This document shows, in pieces, positions 1 through 11,461 of a stretch of 64,000 nt of DNA; position 1 is the stretch's first letter; the number at the start of each line of letters is the position of its first letter. The notes beneath the pieces are model-generated. The model was not told the origin of the DNA. It searched no databases and worked only from the letters and a program-made list of their open reading frames with translations. The translations under genes were made by a program, and so were the position numbers. This stretch comes from Psammoneis japonica (Eukaryota), in NCBI GenBank assembly GCA_008632985.1, contig QPGO01000029.1, positions 62,001-126,000 on the forward strand. Reading direction: 5' to 3'.

Positions 1-3000
1 CCAGCCTCCAAATGCTTTGGTCACAATGCATCTGAGTGACATCAACATCATGAACTTCCTCACTCACCACATGGATGACACAGAGCATTCCCAGAAGGTC
101 AAAGAAGGCCAAGAGATCTCCAAGCATTCTCTTGCAATGGACTTAAGAGTGCAGCTGCTGAGCCAATCAAGAAATCCACCCTCTGTGACAAGGGTGGTTG
201 TGCCCGTGACTCCTCAGATGTTGTTTTGTCAGCTCTCAGCAACTTCAGGCTCGTCTTCAATGCCCTCATCAAGAACTTTGATGAAACAGCTCTCTGGCAG
301 CAGCTTCTCTGCTGTGGCCATGTTGCTTTTGGCAAGAGTGGCAAGCAGTTGATTGCAAATGATGGCAACACTTGTGAAATTGCTGTGAATGTGCTCAATG
401 ACATTCAAAACATCATCCACACCTTCTTCCAACTTGGAGGCATCCCAAACTGCCACAAGGTCATTTGTGATTTGCAGGATGTCAGTGTCCAGGCTTTGGA
501 CATCTCCAAGTGCTTGACCAATCAGTCAATTCAGGATCTGGAGATCAACATCAGTCATGGTCCTCCCAGAACTTTTGGCAGCAAGTGCCTGCTCTGTCAG
601 CAGCTTGCTGCAGAGTTGAGTGCCACTTTGACCTCTGGCAAGCATTTGGCTGAATGCCCTGGCTGCAGCTTCTCTGTCCAAGAAGCCGGGCTCTCCCTTG
701 TTGTTGTTGGACATGGAGCTGTGCAAGAAGATGGGTCTCCCAGTTGTCTCTGGAAACCCTGATCAGCTTTCTTTCATCCCCACTGTGGCTGAGAAAGGTG
801 CAGATTCAAGCACTGAAAAGCATCTGTGTCCTGTTTCATGATGCATGGGTTCCATTGCAGCTGTCCCAAGTGCAGCAAGCCTCACATTGCAAACTTGCAT
901 GGCCTTCCCAAAGCAAAACATGATGAGTTGATCAAGTTTGTCAACAATGCTGGCAACCTTTCCTTTGCCAAGGGAAAAGGCCCTGGTGGTGCATCTGCTT
1001 GGTTTTGTCTTGTGACAAACTGGCAAATCTGTTGTTTGACAATGTCATCTTACACTGAAATTCATTCTAGTTTTTGTTGACCTTGCTCCACCGGCTTGCA
1101 TTGTTGATTGGGCTGTTGTGAACTCAGATGAAACTGTGGGTGTGGAATTGCTGGATGGTGTTGAAACATGAGCTGAGGATGATGTTGCACCTCCACTTCC
1201 TGCTGGGGACAAGCAGAGGCTGTCTGAATCCATGGGTTTGGTGCCTCAAGATGTTCCGGATGCTGCACCTGTCTCTTTGGATGAAGTCAAAGAGTTCCAC
1301 CCATTTTTGGCACCATGAACTTGTTGAGTGACACTTGCCTCCTCCCCTGTCCCAAACATCAACAACAGCTCTTTAAGAAAGGCGAGCATGAAGAACAATT
1401 CTGTCAGATTGGCTCCAGTCACAACTGGACCAACCCTTTGGCAAGGATGACATTTGTCAGTTGTTTGTGCATCTGAAGCTGTTTTTTGTCATGCACTGCT
1501 GCCCCTGTGGAAGTCTGGTTTTCTGCAGGATGTTGCTGGTGCAAAGAGCATTCTTCTCTCCAGGTTGTTGGTTGTGTTGCCACCTGGGATGACCTGTGCT
1601 GTGTGGTGTCAGATGCTTGGCACCCAAACAACCTCCTCCGGGAGTGCAGAGATGTTGACTTCAACACCCTGCAAGGACACCCTTTGGAGTGGGAGAAAAA
1701 AAGGGCCTCAATGGGGACCACATGATGCAAAAAACCACAGCAGCTCTTCTCCATTTTGATGGAGACATGGCATTGTGAGTGGGGTGGGTCAGGGGCCTGC
1801 ACATTGCTGTGCACTTCAAGGTCAACAAGATCATGTCGTTTTTGGAAGGCAAAGTTGATCTTGCTGTCATTTCAACTGTTGGGTGCATCTGCCAAAATGG
1901 TGTTCCGGCTTGTTGTGATGGACACAATGATGTGCAAGAAGAGAACTTCCAAGCTTGTCTTCAGCATGGAAACTGTCTCTCCATTGAGATTGGACCAGAG
2001 AAAACTTGCAAGGCTCTTGCAAAGGACCCCAACCATGGCTCCATCCTGATTTTTGACTGGTGGCTCTCATGCCATTTACATTGAATTGTTGCCTGTCACC
2101 TCAGAGTCTGGTGGACATGTCAACGGGTTGTTCAAGAATCTGCGTCCAGTCTTGGACAGTGCCTTTTAGCCACTTCCATTGTCTGTGGCCATGATGGTTT
2201 TTTGTTGTTGGAGTTCAAGCCCCCTCACTCCAATGCCATGACTGAGCTGGACTTTGTGCATTGGGTTTACAATGTTTGGATCTCACACCCAATGCAGGGC
2301 GTCCACCCAGATTGATGATGATGCCGCTGGAGCTCACCACACAATGCAACACATTCCAAACTTGGCTGGCATGCATGCACTGGTCCAGTGCAGATTTGGC
2401 ATTGCCCAGACTGGTTGCAACTTCAGGGATGCACCCAATCCTTGTAATTGGGATGGTGGTCGGTCCCAAGCTTGTCAACAGCTTGTGCAATGTGCTTTTG
2501 ATGTCCCAAACATTGTGGAAATCATGCAACCTTTTTGCCAGCACTTAAATTCCTGCCAGCTCAAACAGCTTCAGAGGCTGCTTCATTTGGCCAAGCTCTC
2601 CCAGATTCTCTCAACCCAGGAGCACTGTGTGATGGCTTGAGGATGTCTCCTCCTGTGCTCAAGCTTCATGTCAGCGACAATGCATGCTTGACATTGAAGG
2701 TTTTTTGGAGCACACTGTTTCTGCTGGCATGTTTGCCCTCTGCATTTTGCAAGGGTTTCTGCATGGGGAGGTCCCCAGTGCCTTGAGCCTTGAAAAGCTC
2801 AATCTTCTTGTTTCCTTTCTTTGGGAAATGCTTGGACAAAAAATGGGGTGCAAGGACCCTCACGGTTGGCATGGTGGCTCACAAGTTGTGTGAGCTCTTG
2901 ACCATCCTTTGCAATTGGCTTGTGCAGCAGAAGCATTTCCTGGCAGATGTGTTGTCTCACTGGGTTTGTTGGAGTTCCACACCCACCATTGCCCCTGTGC

Positions 3001-4850
3001 TCACTGTTTGTTCTTCCTTCTTCAGAACAAATTTTGGCAGATTTGATTTCCTGTCATCACATTGCCCAGTGGATGCATGGGCAACAAGGCAGGAAGGAAC
3101 AATTTTTGGAACAACTCCCTTGCAAGCTTCGTTGTTGGGTGTCTTCCATTCTCTCCCAGGAAAAAACCCAGATCATTTGCCACATGCTTCCGGAGACTTC
3201 AGTCTTAGAGCCTGGTTGTTGGGCTGTCAAAAATCTGGTTGAATGTCTTGAGTCAACTCCCAACCCATGGGAGGTGCAGATTGGGACCATTGTCCCACAT
3301 GATCCCCACCACTGTGAGGGTGTTGGTGATGCCAGTGGGCTTGGAGGTGGCAGTTGCTGCTGCAAGTTTTGTTTTTGGTTCCTTGTGCTCTGGAGTGACA
3401 GAGCACATGATGGTTTGAATTCTTCTCCAGATTCTCAAGACTGTGTTGTGATGAACACTCTCAAATTTGTGGTTTCTGTCCTTGTTCCAGTGGGTGTCAT
3501 TGCTTTCATGGAGTCCATTGAAGAGCTCTTGGATCTGGAGCTTGTTGGGGCATTGTCCCTCTTGCCATTCCCAAGAATTTGGTTGTCTTGCTGAAAACAG
3601 ACAATTGGACCAATGCGGGGTGGCAAAATTGTCAGACTGCTTGCTGGTCTCTTTGGGGGCAGCATGTGCTGTGCATTTGGTTTGCACTTTGCACTCATGT
3701 TTGACTTGGTCCCAACTCACAGGGCGAGCACTGGGCTGGTGTGAACATGCAACTGGTGGATGACATTTCCTTTCCATCTGACCCTCACCTCCCTCATTCT
3801 GTCTGTGTTGTTCAGCTGTGTTGGAAGTGTCCTTTCCTCAAGACCTGGACCTTTTTCCTCCCAAGTCAAGAGCTGCTGCAGTCAATTTACTTTCGCCATT
3901 CTCCGAGTCATTGCTGGTCCGTGTGGGCTGCAGACGCCACTGTGCTTGGGATGGCTCACATGCAATGCATCCAGGATGTGAAGTGGGATGTGGATGATCT
4001 GGAGATGCTTGTGGAGCATCTTCCAGAGCACCATTGCCAGCTGCAGCTTGCTGTGTGTGCTTTGCATGTTGCAGGGGGTAACTCCGTTGTTTGCAAGCAA
4101 CTCAAGTTGGGCTCTGTCCTGCATTGTGTTGGGGATGTTGCCAAATCTATCTTGCTGTTTAGTCGCTGTTGCAATTGTTGCTGTGAGCAACCATCCAATG
4201 CTGAAATGGGCAAGATCTTCATGGCCATTGACAAGGAGCTTGAGCAGTGCAACAAAGCTCCAAAGCAGTGGTGAGATGCTGGCTGAGTTCAAGGCATGTG
4301 CTGATGCCAAGCACGCAGCTGATCCAGATGGCTTTGCTTGTGTTGTTGCTGACTGGTGTCAGGCATGCCCATTTTGTTGAGCCTGTCTCCAAGAATGGGG
4401 ACATCAGGTTGCTCCAATCCAAAGTGTTCAGCTCTTAACTTCAAGGGAGCCACTTGTGCATGGTGCCTTGATGACATCCGTGTCAAGTCTGTGGATTTGC
4501 AACACCTCGCCGGTGCTGACATCTTGAACACTCCGGTTGAGTCCATTGCTGAGATGTTGCCTCCAAGGAGGACATTCAGAATGATGTGTGCACCAAGGTG
4601 GCCACCAAGGTGTGCAAACTTGATCCTGTCAAGGACAAGAAAGCCATTGAGAGATGGTCATCCCACTCTCCTTGTGTTGGAGCTTGCTCGATGCTCCACC
4701 AAATTAACTTTAGTGTGGGGTCCATTCAGCTGCTCTTGTGTTGGTGTTTGATTGCCTTCATGGTGTGTCTTGGAAATTCTGCTCTGTTGACAGATCACCA
4801 ACACAGAGCTCTTGACTGCTCTGCAGCCATGCCCCACCTTTTGTAGATTT
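1..4850 (+). mobile_element. Degenerate tyrosine-recombinase retrotransposon (DIRS/Ngaro-like) with RT, RNase H and partial YR relics; 5' part runs off the window
   Basis: Broken + strand frames in DIRS-like order. Pre-RT segment: 'AALLHFDGDMAL*VGWVRG..NFQACLQHGN' (~1735-1975). RT-like: 'NLRPVLDSAF' and 'IDDDAAGAHHTMQHIPNLAGMHALVQCRFGIAQTGCNFRDAPNPCNW' (~2135-2450). RNase H-like: 'GDASGLGGG..FWFLVLWS..NTLKFVV' and 'LVDDISFP' (~3320-3780). YR N-terminal-like: 'LAVCALHVAGGNSVVCKQLKLGSVLHCVGDVAK' (~4040-4145). Many stops and frameshifts. Recognised by eye. Confidence 0.7.
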
Positions 4851-5214
4851 TTCAAAATGTTTTTTTGAAAATTTGGTTTTCTTGTTTGTCCATCATGTGT
4901 TGATGTGTTTGTGTGGTCATGTCTTTCTCTTTGTGTCATGCTGATGTCCAACGGATTTTAGGACACAATGTCTGGTTTGCCTGTGGTTCATGGGTTCTGC
5001 TTCCATGCACATTTTACAGGAAACATTGGGCCTGTGGCCCATTTCTGTGTGTGCTGGCATTGTGATGTGTTCTTGCACCTCAAAACATGTCATTGTGATC
5101 ATTCCTTTCAAACCGCTCAACTCCTTGCACATGAGGGCTTGATGCTGCAGTTTGGACTCTGTTTTTTCTGCACTTTGCACAATGCGTTGGCAGCCATCTG
5201 GTCTGCTTGCACAG

Positions 5215-5950
5215 TGCTGGGGAACCAAACGGATGGAGCTGGATCAGCAGATTTGCTTCCCCTTTTCCAAAACTGCTGTCTGAACAGCATCACATGAACA
5301 CACGTGTGCTTGCACATGTTCCACACATTGGATGTGCTCGTGCATTGACTGTTGAGGCCATTTTGGCACCAGCTCTGCACTGTGACATGTCATCGGGGCA
5401 TTGCAGCCAAGCGCTGAGGCAGCGGCGGGGGGAATCTGTGATTCTTGGCACCAAGATCATGGTGGGCCAAGCACAAGGAGAACCTTCCTGGTGGGTGGTC
5501 ATGCTCTTGGAGGAGTCACCATGTGAGTGATGGCAGTGTGCAGCAGAAGGCAGCAGATGGACAGATGATGGGGGCGACGATGAGAGGTCACCCAAGCAAG
5601 TTCCCCCAATTGTTCTTGGCAGACAATCAACAGCAATGGTGGGGTCAGTTGTGGTGTCCCAATGCAGGTCAACAATGCTGAAAATTCCCACCCAGCCCAT
5701 CCCTCTGTGCACACAGCACTGGGGAACGAAATGGACAGAACCAGATCCGTGGATTTGTTCCCCTTTTTCTCCAGCTGCCATCTCTCAGCAGCATCAAACG
5801 ACAAACACATGTGTGCTCGTGTGTGTTCCATGCATCAGATGCATTCGTGCATTGATTGTTGAGACCATTTCGGCAGCTCTGCACTGTGACATGTCATCGG
5901 CGTTGTGGCCAAGCCAAGGTGGTGGCAGGGAATCTACTCTACTCTCTCCA
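5215..5950. repeat. Diverged direct repeat, ~230 bp unit (~5215-5440 and ~5715-5950)
   Basis: Both copies share 'gggaac.aaa.gga', 'cgtgcattga.tgttgag.ccattt' and 'cagctctgcactgtgacatgtcatcgg'. Confidence 0.85.
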
Positions 5951-6282
5951 GTGGGGAGAGCTAGCTGCTGCTTTAGCTGCTGGCAGAGACACCGTAGAAG
6001 CAGGCCCATGGCACGATTGACTTCACCAAAACCACATAAAAATTCTTCGCACGCAAAATTTCTGTTTTCCATTGTGAGCAACATCAGAAAATGAACACAT
6101 TGTCGCCCATTTGCGATTGAAGATGTTCAATGTTCAATGTTGCTCACATGCCGCTAAGTGCCCAACACAATGGCCGTCGGGAGCAAGATGGTGCGCACCC
6201 TTCATGCAACATGCTTTCTGGTGTAGACATGTTTGTGGATTCGCATCCTCTCACCTTGTGCTGTTTTTCACAATTGCGGTCT

Positions 6283-7128
6283 TTGAAGGTGACTCTGACA
6301 CTGATTCTTTTCATCTTGGTTGCATCTCATTGAGTCGCAGCATTTCCCCTTGGTGCTGGTGCTTGCGTTGAAGATGCACCTTCAGTTTCCAGACCACACT
6401 TGAACACTCCCACGCAAGACACCATCGCAGGTGGTGGTTTCACTTTGACGTTGGGTGGACAATCGCTGAATGCGGGAACTCCGGCCACGGTCTCGACTGG
6501 AGCGCAGCACACAATCACCATCACCAGGCCTCAACCTTTTCGTGGAGTGTTGGCGAGGCTTTCAGGAGGTGATGCTGGCCTTGATGCATCTGGATTCTTT
6601 TCGTTTGTGGCTGGTGAAATGGATTTGCAGGATGCAGTTGTTTGTCCTGCTGCTGCAAGTGTCCCAGACACGCTCCCTTTTGCATCATCAATGCACACGA
6701 GCCTCTTGGCTCACACATGTTGTTCCGTGCACAGGTTGGTGGTGTCAACTCACACCTCCAACAATGACAAGACAAGCATTTCATTCTTTGTGAATGTTGG
6801 CAAGCCTTCTGCAAATGCGAAGCTTGACCTCAACATTGTCAAAACAGTGTTGCCGTCGATCTTCTGTTGTCCTCAATTTTTGATTGACGCCCAAGATCCG
6901 CCCAGTGCAATGCCCAGTGCTGCGCCATCCACAGTTCCAAGTTTGGCTTCTAGTGATGCAGATTCACCCAGTGCAACGCCTGGTGCTGTGCCATTGGCAG
7001 TCCCAAGTTTGGCTCCCAGTGATGCACCATCAACATCGGGGAAGAAAGGAAAAGGGAAGAAAGGTGAAGGGAAGACAGGAAAAAAGAAGTCGTCTTCAAA
7101 AGGAGGATCACACAATTTCCATGCTTGA
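6283..7128 (+). pseudogene. Pseudogene of a secreted Reeler-like-domain protein with PSxxPS linker and Lys/Gly tail
   Basis: Signal-like 'KVTLTLILFILVASH*VAAFPLGAGAC' with in-frame TGA at 6331-6333; 'QPFRGVLARLSGG'; relic intron 6655-6734 (GCAAGT...CAG); 'THTSNNDKTS'; 'PSAMPSAAPSTVPS'; 'GKKGKGKKG'. No Tyr in the 242-aa frame. Confidence 0.7.
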
Positions 7129-7807
7129 GACTTGTTGTTCGTGCAACGCACTTTGCTGCATGTCTTCAATGCAAGTGGACAAATGCATGTTTCTCTGTGC
7201 AGCAGCTGCAACCATGTCCAAAACCCACCCACCCACCTGCCCATCTGCCGGCCCAGCTGGGCCCACCTGCGTGCAACTCACTGCAGCACAGAGCCCACTT
7301 TTGCTGCTTGCAACAATGAACGCTCGCCAGTGCACGACTCGCAAGGTTTTTGTCATCAATGACAACACACACTCGCCAGTGCATGGCTTGCGGCTCATGT
7401 CCAGTTCGATTGTGCAATGGAGCCAGCGAGAGAAAACAGGGGTCTGCACCAGCAACAACAGCAAACGGATGACAGACGGCGAAGCGCTCAGAACAAACTT
7501 TGTGGTGAAAGGTTTTCCACATGGGAGAGCTTTTCAAGGGGGAACAGTGTGTGCACTGGCAACAATTGTCAGAGTCACTTCCATTTTTAGCCGCAGCAGA
7601 CAAAAAAGAAGGCCAGCATCGTGTGGCACAGTTTTGGCTCTGGGCTGAAATTGCGCGGTGCGCAGATCATCGACCACCGCAACGTTGGACATCAAGGAAC
7701 ATCGAGGGATCACAGAAGCAAGAACTTTCCAATCATCTCAAGTCGTTCATGGTCTGGCGGGAACACAGAATGCGCATGGACCAGACGAGAACGAGACAAG
7801 AGGGATG

Positions 7808-8246
7808 CAGTGCAGCATGCATGCAGACAAAAGGTTGTTTTTGTCACGCCCTTTGTGACATTTAAGCTGTAACACGTCGCCGTGATGCACCAACTCTTGT
7901 CAGCAGCTGCACGTTGCACTCCTCCCCATGTGTCACGCGTCCATGCGGCTCTTTGCTGACGTGTGCTGACACTGCACAGTTTTGGCGGAACAGTGTGGGT
8001 ACGTACGAAGGAACACACAGAACTGCACAGAGTTTTTACGCGCTCGACAGTGATCAACGTTGCTGCAGACAACTCCCACTCAGGGTTTCGAACCCCTGGC
8101 CTCCTGCCTGATGGTCATGCGATGAACCACTCCGCTGTCAATTCACAGTGCAGCATGCGCGCAGACAAAAGGTTATTTTTGTCACGCCCTTTGTGACATT
8201 TAAGCTGCAACACGTTGCCGTGATACATTGGCTCTTATTGGCAGCT
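7808..8246. repeat. ~100 bp direct repeat (~7808-7910 and ~8146-8246)
   Basis: 'cagtgcagcatgc..gcagacaaaaggtt.tttttgtcacgccctttgtgacatttaagctg.aacacg' occurs twice. Confidence 0.9.
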
Positions 8247-8279
8247 GTGTGTTGCAGCGGGAGTTGTTGAAAATTTTTT

Positions 8280-10300
8280 TTGGAGGGACGCGGAGCGTCC
8301 CTGGAGGGACATTTGTCCCGCGGAGCGGGAGGGACGCGCGAAGCGCGCCCCCGAGGGACAGGGTGTCCCTCGGGTCCCTCGCAAATTGGCCGGAAATCGA
8401 CGGGTGGAGCCGGCGACCAGACCGGTCACCCTGCGACGGACGACAGACGGTCCGACCACCGCACTGCCGCCGCTCGCTCGTTGCTGCTGTCTGCCGTTTT
8501 CATTGCCATTGTTGCGATTCGTTGCGATTGGACTTGCATGGCATGAGCTGTTGGCATCATTTGTCCACAATGCCATCTCTCATCAATGAAAAAGATGCTC
8601 CAACTGCACAGGCCCAGGACGGGTTGGAACCACCAGCAACCACTGCAGCAGGCACAATCTTCTACTCGCATCACAGCAATCCATGCAAGAAGGACAAGTC
8701 CAGCGACGAGCCGAGCGACGAGGCAAAAGCGAGTGAGGTGGACCACATCAATCGACTTGCCACTGAGCTTGAGGCCTCCTTTTTGGAAGATTCAAATGAG
8801 GGTGAGGCAGAAGAGCGCGAAGACGAATCCATGATGCTCCAAGCATGCGCAGAAATGCAAGACAAAGCAGACCGAACCAAAGATGGCTGCAAGACGGCGG
8901 TCGCAGCATTTAACGTTTTTGCCAAAAAAAACAGGATGTCCACCAGTCCATCAGTTGGAACGAAAGCATCTGCGTGGAGAGACTCTCACTGTGCCGAACT
9001 GCAGCAAATTGATGAGGCAATTCTGCACTTTCTTAATGGAGCACAAGATTGAACGCAAAGGTGCTCGCAAGGGGACTCACTGGAAGCCCAAGTCGCAGGC
9101 ACAATGTGATTCTGGTGTGTGCATGGTGCTCAAGAAGAAGTTGGGGCATGGAGCACTTTACAAAAAATCCGAGCATGACGAACTCAACAAATCTCTAAAA
9201 GCAAGGGCCTGCGCACGCTGTTTGCAAGTGAGGAGAAGGAGCATTTCAATGGCAGCAATCGTCCTCAAGCAAAGGATGATGACAACTACATGGCTTGGTG
9301 GGACAGGGCTTGCAAGACATTGAAATCCGTGTCTCTCAAGCACATTTTTAATTTGGTTGAGCAGCACAACAAAGCCGTGCCCTTGTGCAACAAGCTGGTT
9401 GATGAAAAGAAGGCAGCATCAACTCGCAGCTTCAAAGCCAGCACAAGTGAGGAGAGGAAGGTTATTGATGGAAAATCCAAATTGGAAAACAAAGTGGGAG
9501 CTGTTGTTTCGGCATTGGAAAAAACTGCAAACGATGATGAACAAGATTGAGAAAGAGGGCAAGAGGGCGGCGGCTTAAAAACTCCAGTCACATTGACAGC
9601 AGATTAGCATGCTATTTGCATCACTAGTGTTTGTTGTAAGAGTCTCAAATTTAACAACCTAACATGCTCCATCATGCGACACCACTGGCAGTTTCGGATC
9701 GACGGCAGATTAGCTTGCTGTTTGCACCACTGGCATTCATTGTAGGAGTCTTAATTTTAACTACTGCATCATATGCTCTATCACATGTCACACGACATAC
9801 GATGGTGTGACACTACCAATAGTTTCGGATCGACCATTGGGAATCGAAATGCTGCACAACCTGCATCCTTCGTACACGCTTTCCCTAGAGTGCGCGCTTC
9901 TCCAAATTTGAAATTGCTGCATGGTTTCAAACAAAACAGAAATCCATAATTCACAATGACACACAATGGAATCAAAGTCATTGGATGTATTGTACAATTT
10001 ACGTTAAGAATGAAATAAGCAACGGGAAAATCGGTGAAAGTATCATTGAGATATCACGCCGTAAAGTGGGACACCGGCGGCTCGCATCATTGTGCTGCTG
10101 CAGTTTGCTGCGTGCAAATCAAATTGACTTGGTAAAACTTTGTGAGGGTTTCGTGTCCCTTGGAAATTGTGCGTGTTGTGTGCGATTGATTATGTGTCTG
10201 TGTATGGCACTTGTATGCGTGTCGTGTCCCTCAGGAATTGGGTGTACTGTCCCTCTGAGTCGGTCTAACACAGAAAATGTGAGCGAGGTGAGGGACACCT
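8280..10300 (+). mobile_element. Probable degenerate, internally deleted mobile element (possibly Crypton-like) bracketed by GAGGGAC/GTCCCTC motif clusters
   Basis: Motif clusters at 8282-8381 and 10224-10298. Broken ORF ~8570-9550 has an acidic N-terminus, then 'DRTKDGCKTAVAAFNVF' and 'LMRQFCTFLMEHK..KSQAQCDSGV', which resemble a recombinase core-binding region. No catalytic domain visible. Confidence 0.4.
9595..9835. repeat. Diverged tandem duplication, ~105-130 bp unit
   Basis: 'gac.gcagattagc.tgct.tttgca.cact' and 'agtttcggatcgac' each occur twice. Confidence 0.8.
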
Positions 10301-10578
10301 AATGCACTAAACATGATCTGATACATCCATTATTGTTTTAATATTTATTCTTAGTTGCATAAAGTAAAAAGGACCGTACTCTACCATACTTCTATAAAAT
10401 CATTTACAATTATTAAAATCCAGTTATTAATAAGTTAAAATACAAAATAATCAGAGGACGACGACGACTCAAGACTCATCACAGCCATGGCGTATTACTG
10501 TAGAAAATTGTCTTTGGTGTCGACGATTGACAGAGTTTGTGAGAAAGCAACCCCATAAGCAAAGATTGACTTGAAACA

Positions 10579-11461
10579 ATGATTTTGTATGCAGTTATTG
10601 CTCGTGTCAAAGATGCGGTCGTGCTGGCAGAGTGTTCGCAGCATGGCCTCGGTGGGAACGCATCTCAGGCATCCTTGGCGTTGCTCGAGCACTTGAGAGA
10701 CCATCCCGACAAGATTGTCGATGGGGATCGCATGTCCTTTGTACAGCGAAACGACGAGGTGAAGGATTGGTTTATCGATATCATCAATACGTGCACAGGT
10801 GGTGTCGACACTCAACAACAGAGCGGCCAAGAGCACTACTTTCATGTTTTGCGAGTTGCTGGTGTGTACTACTGCTGTCTGTCGGATGATGCACAACGTG
10901 GAGAACAAAAAGTGTGAGTTCCGAAACCGAGCATTGAAAGTCACTTATGTGATATCTTTGGTGTTTGTCTAACAAACGTAAATTTCCGCACATTCATTCC
11001 TTAGGAGCTTTGCTCTTCTGGAGCACATTCAGGTTGAATTCACAAAGAAGTATACCGACAGGCGCATTAGCAAAGCCAATGCGTATGGTTTCGAAAAATC
11101 ATTCTCACCCGAGATGCGCTCCGCAATGCACCATTACAACGTGAATCATAATGCTCTGAGTCAAGAAGAGAAGGTTCAAGCGCTCGACGCTGAAATTCAG
11201 GATCTGAAAAACGTCCTTGGCCGAAACATTAATTTGCTGCTAAGACGGGGCGAAAATGTGGAGAGGCTTCTGGAAAAATCAGAAAATCTAAGGAGAGACA
11301 GTATGGTGTTTCGAAAGAAGGGCGATCAGCTCAAGAGAAAGATGCGCGGGAGAAATTGGTGCTTGATACTCATGTTCGTTTGGGTGGCGATAACGGTTCT
11401 CTATATGATTGCAGCGGCTTTTTGCGGACTATCCTTTTCTAGATGCTCATTCAAAGAGTGA
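10579..11461 (+). CDS. VAMP7: Longin R-SNARE (VAMP7-like), 2 exons
   Basis: Longin N-terminus 'MILYAVIARVKDAVVLAE'; intron ~10914-11004 (GT..AG); synaptobrevin motif 'LGRNINLLLRRGENVERLLEKSENL'; C-terminal TM helix. Confidence 0.9.

Noticed and set aside
1..9700. Classical fungal RIP or CpG methylation decay alone as the explanation
   Set aside because: RIP raises TpA and lowers CpA/TpG, the opposite of what is seen. CpG decay does not remove TpA.
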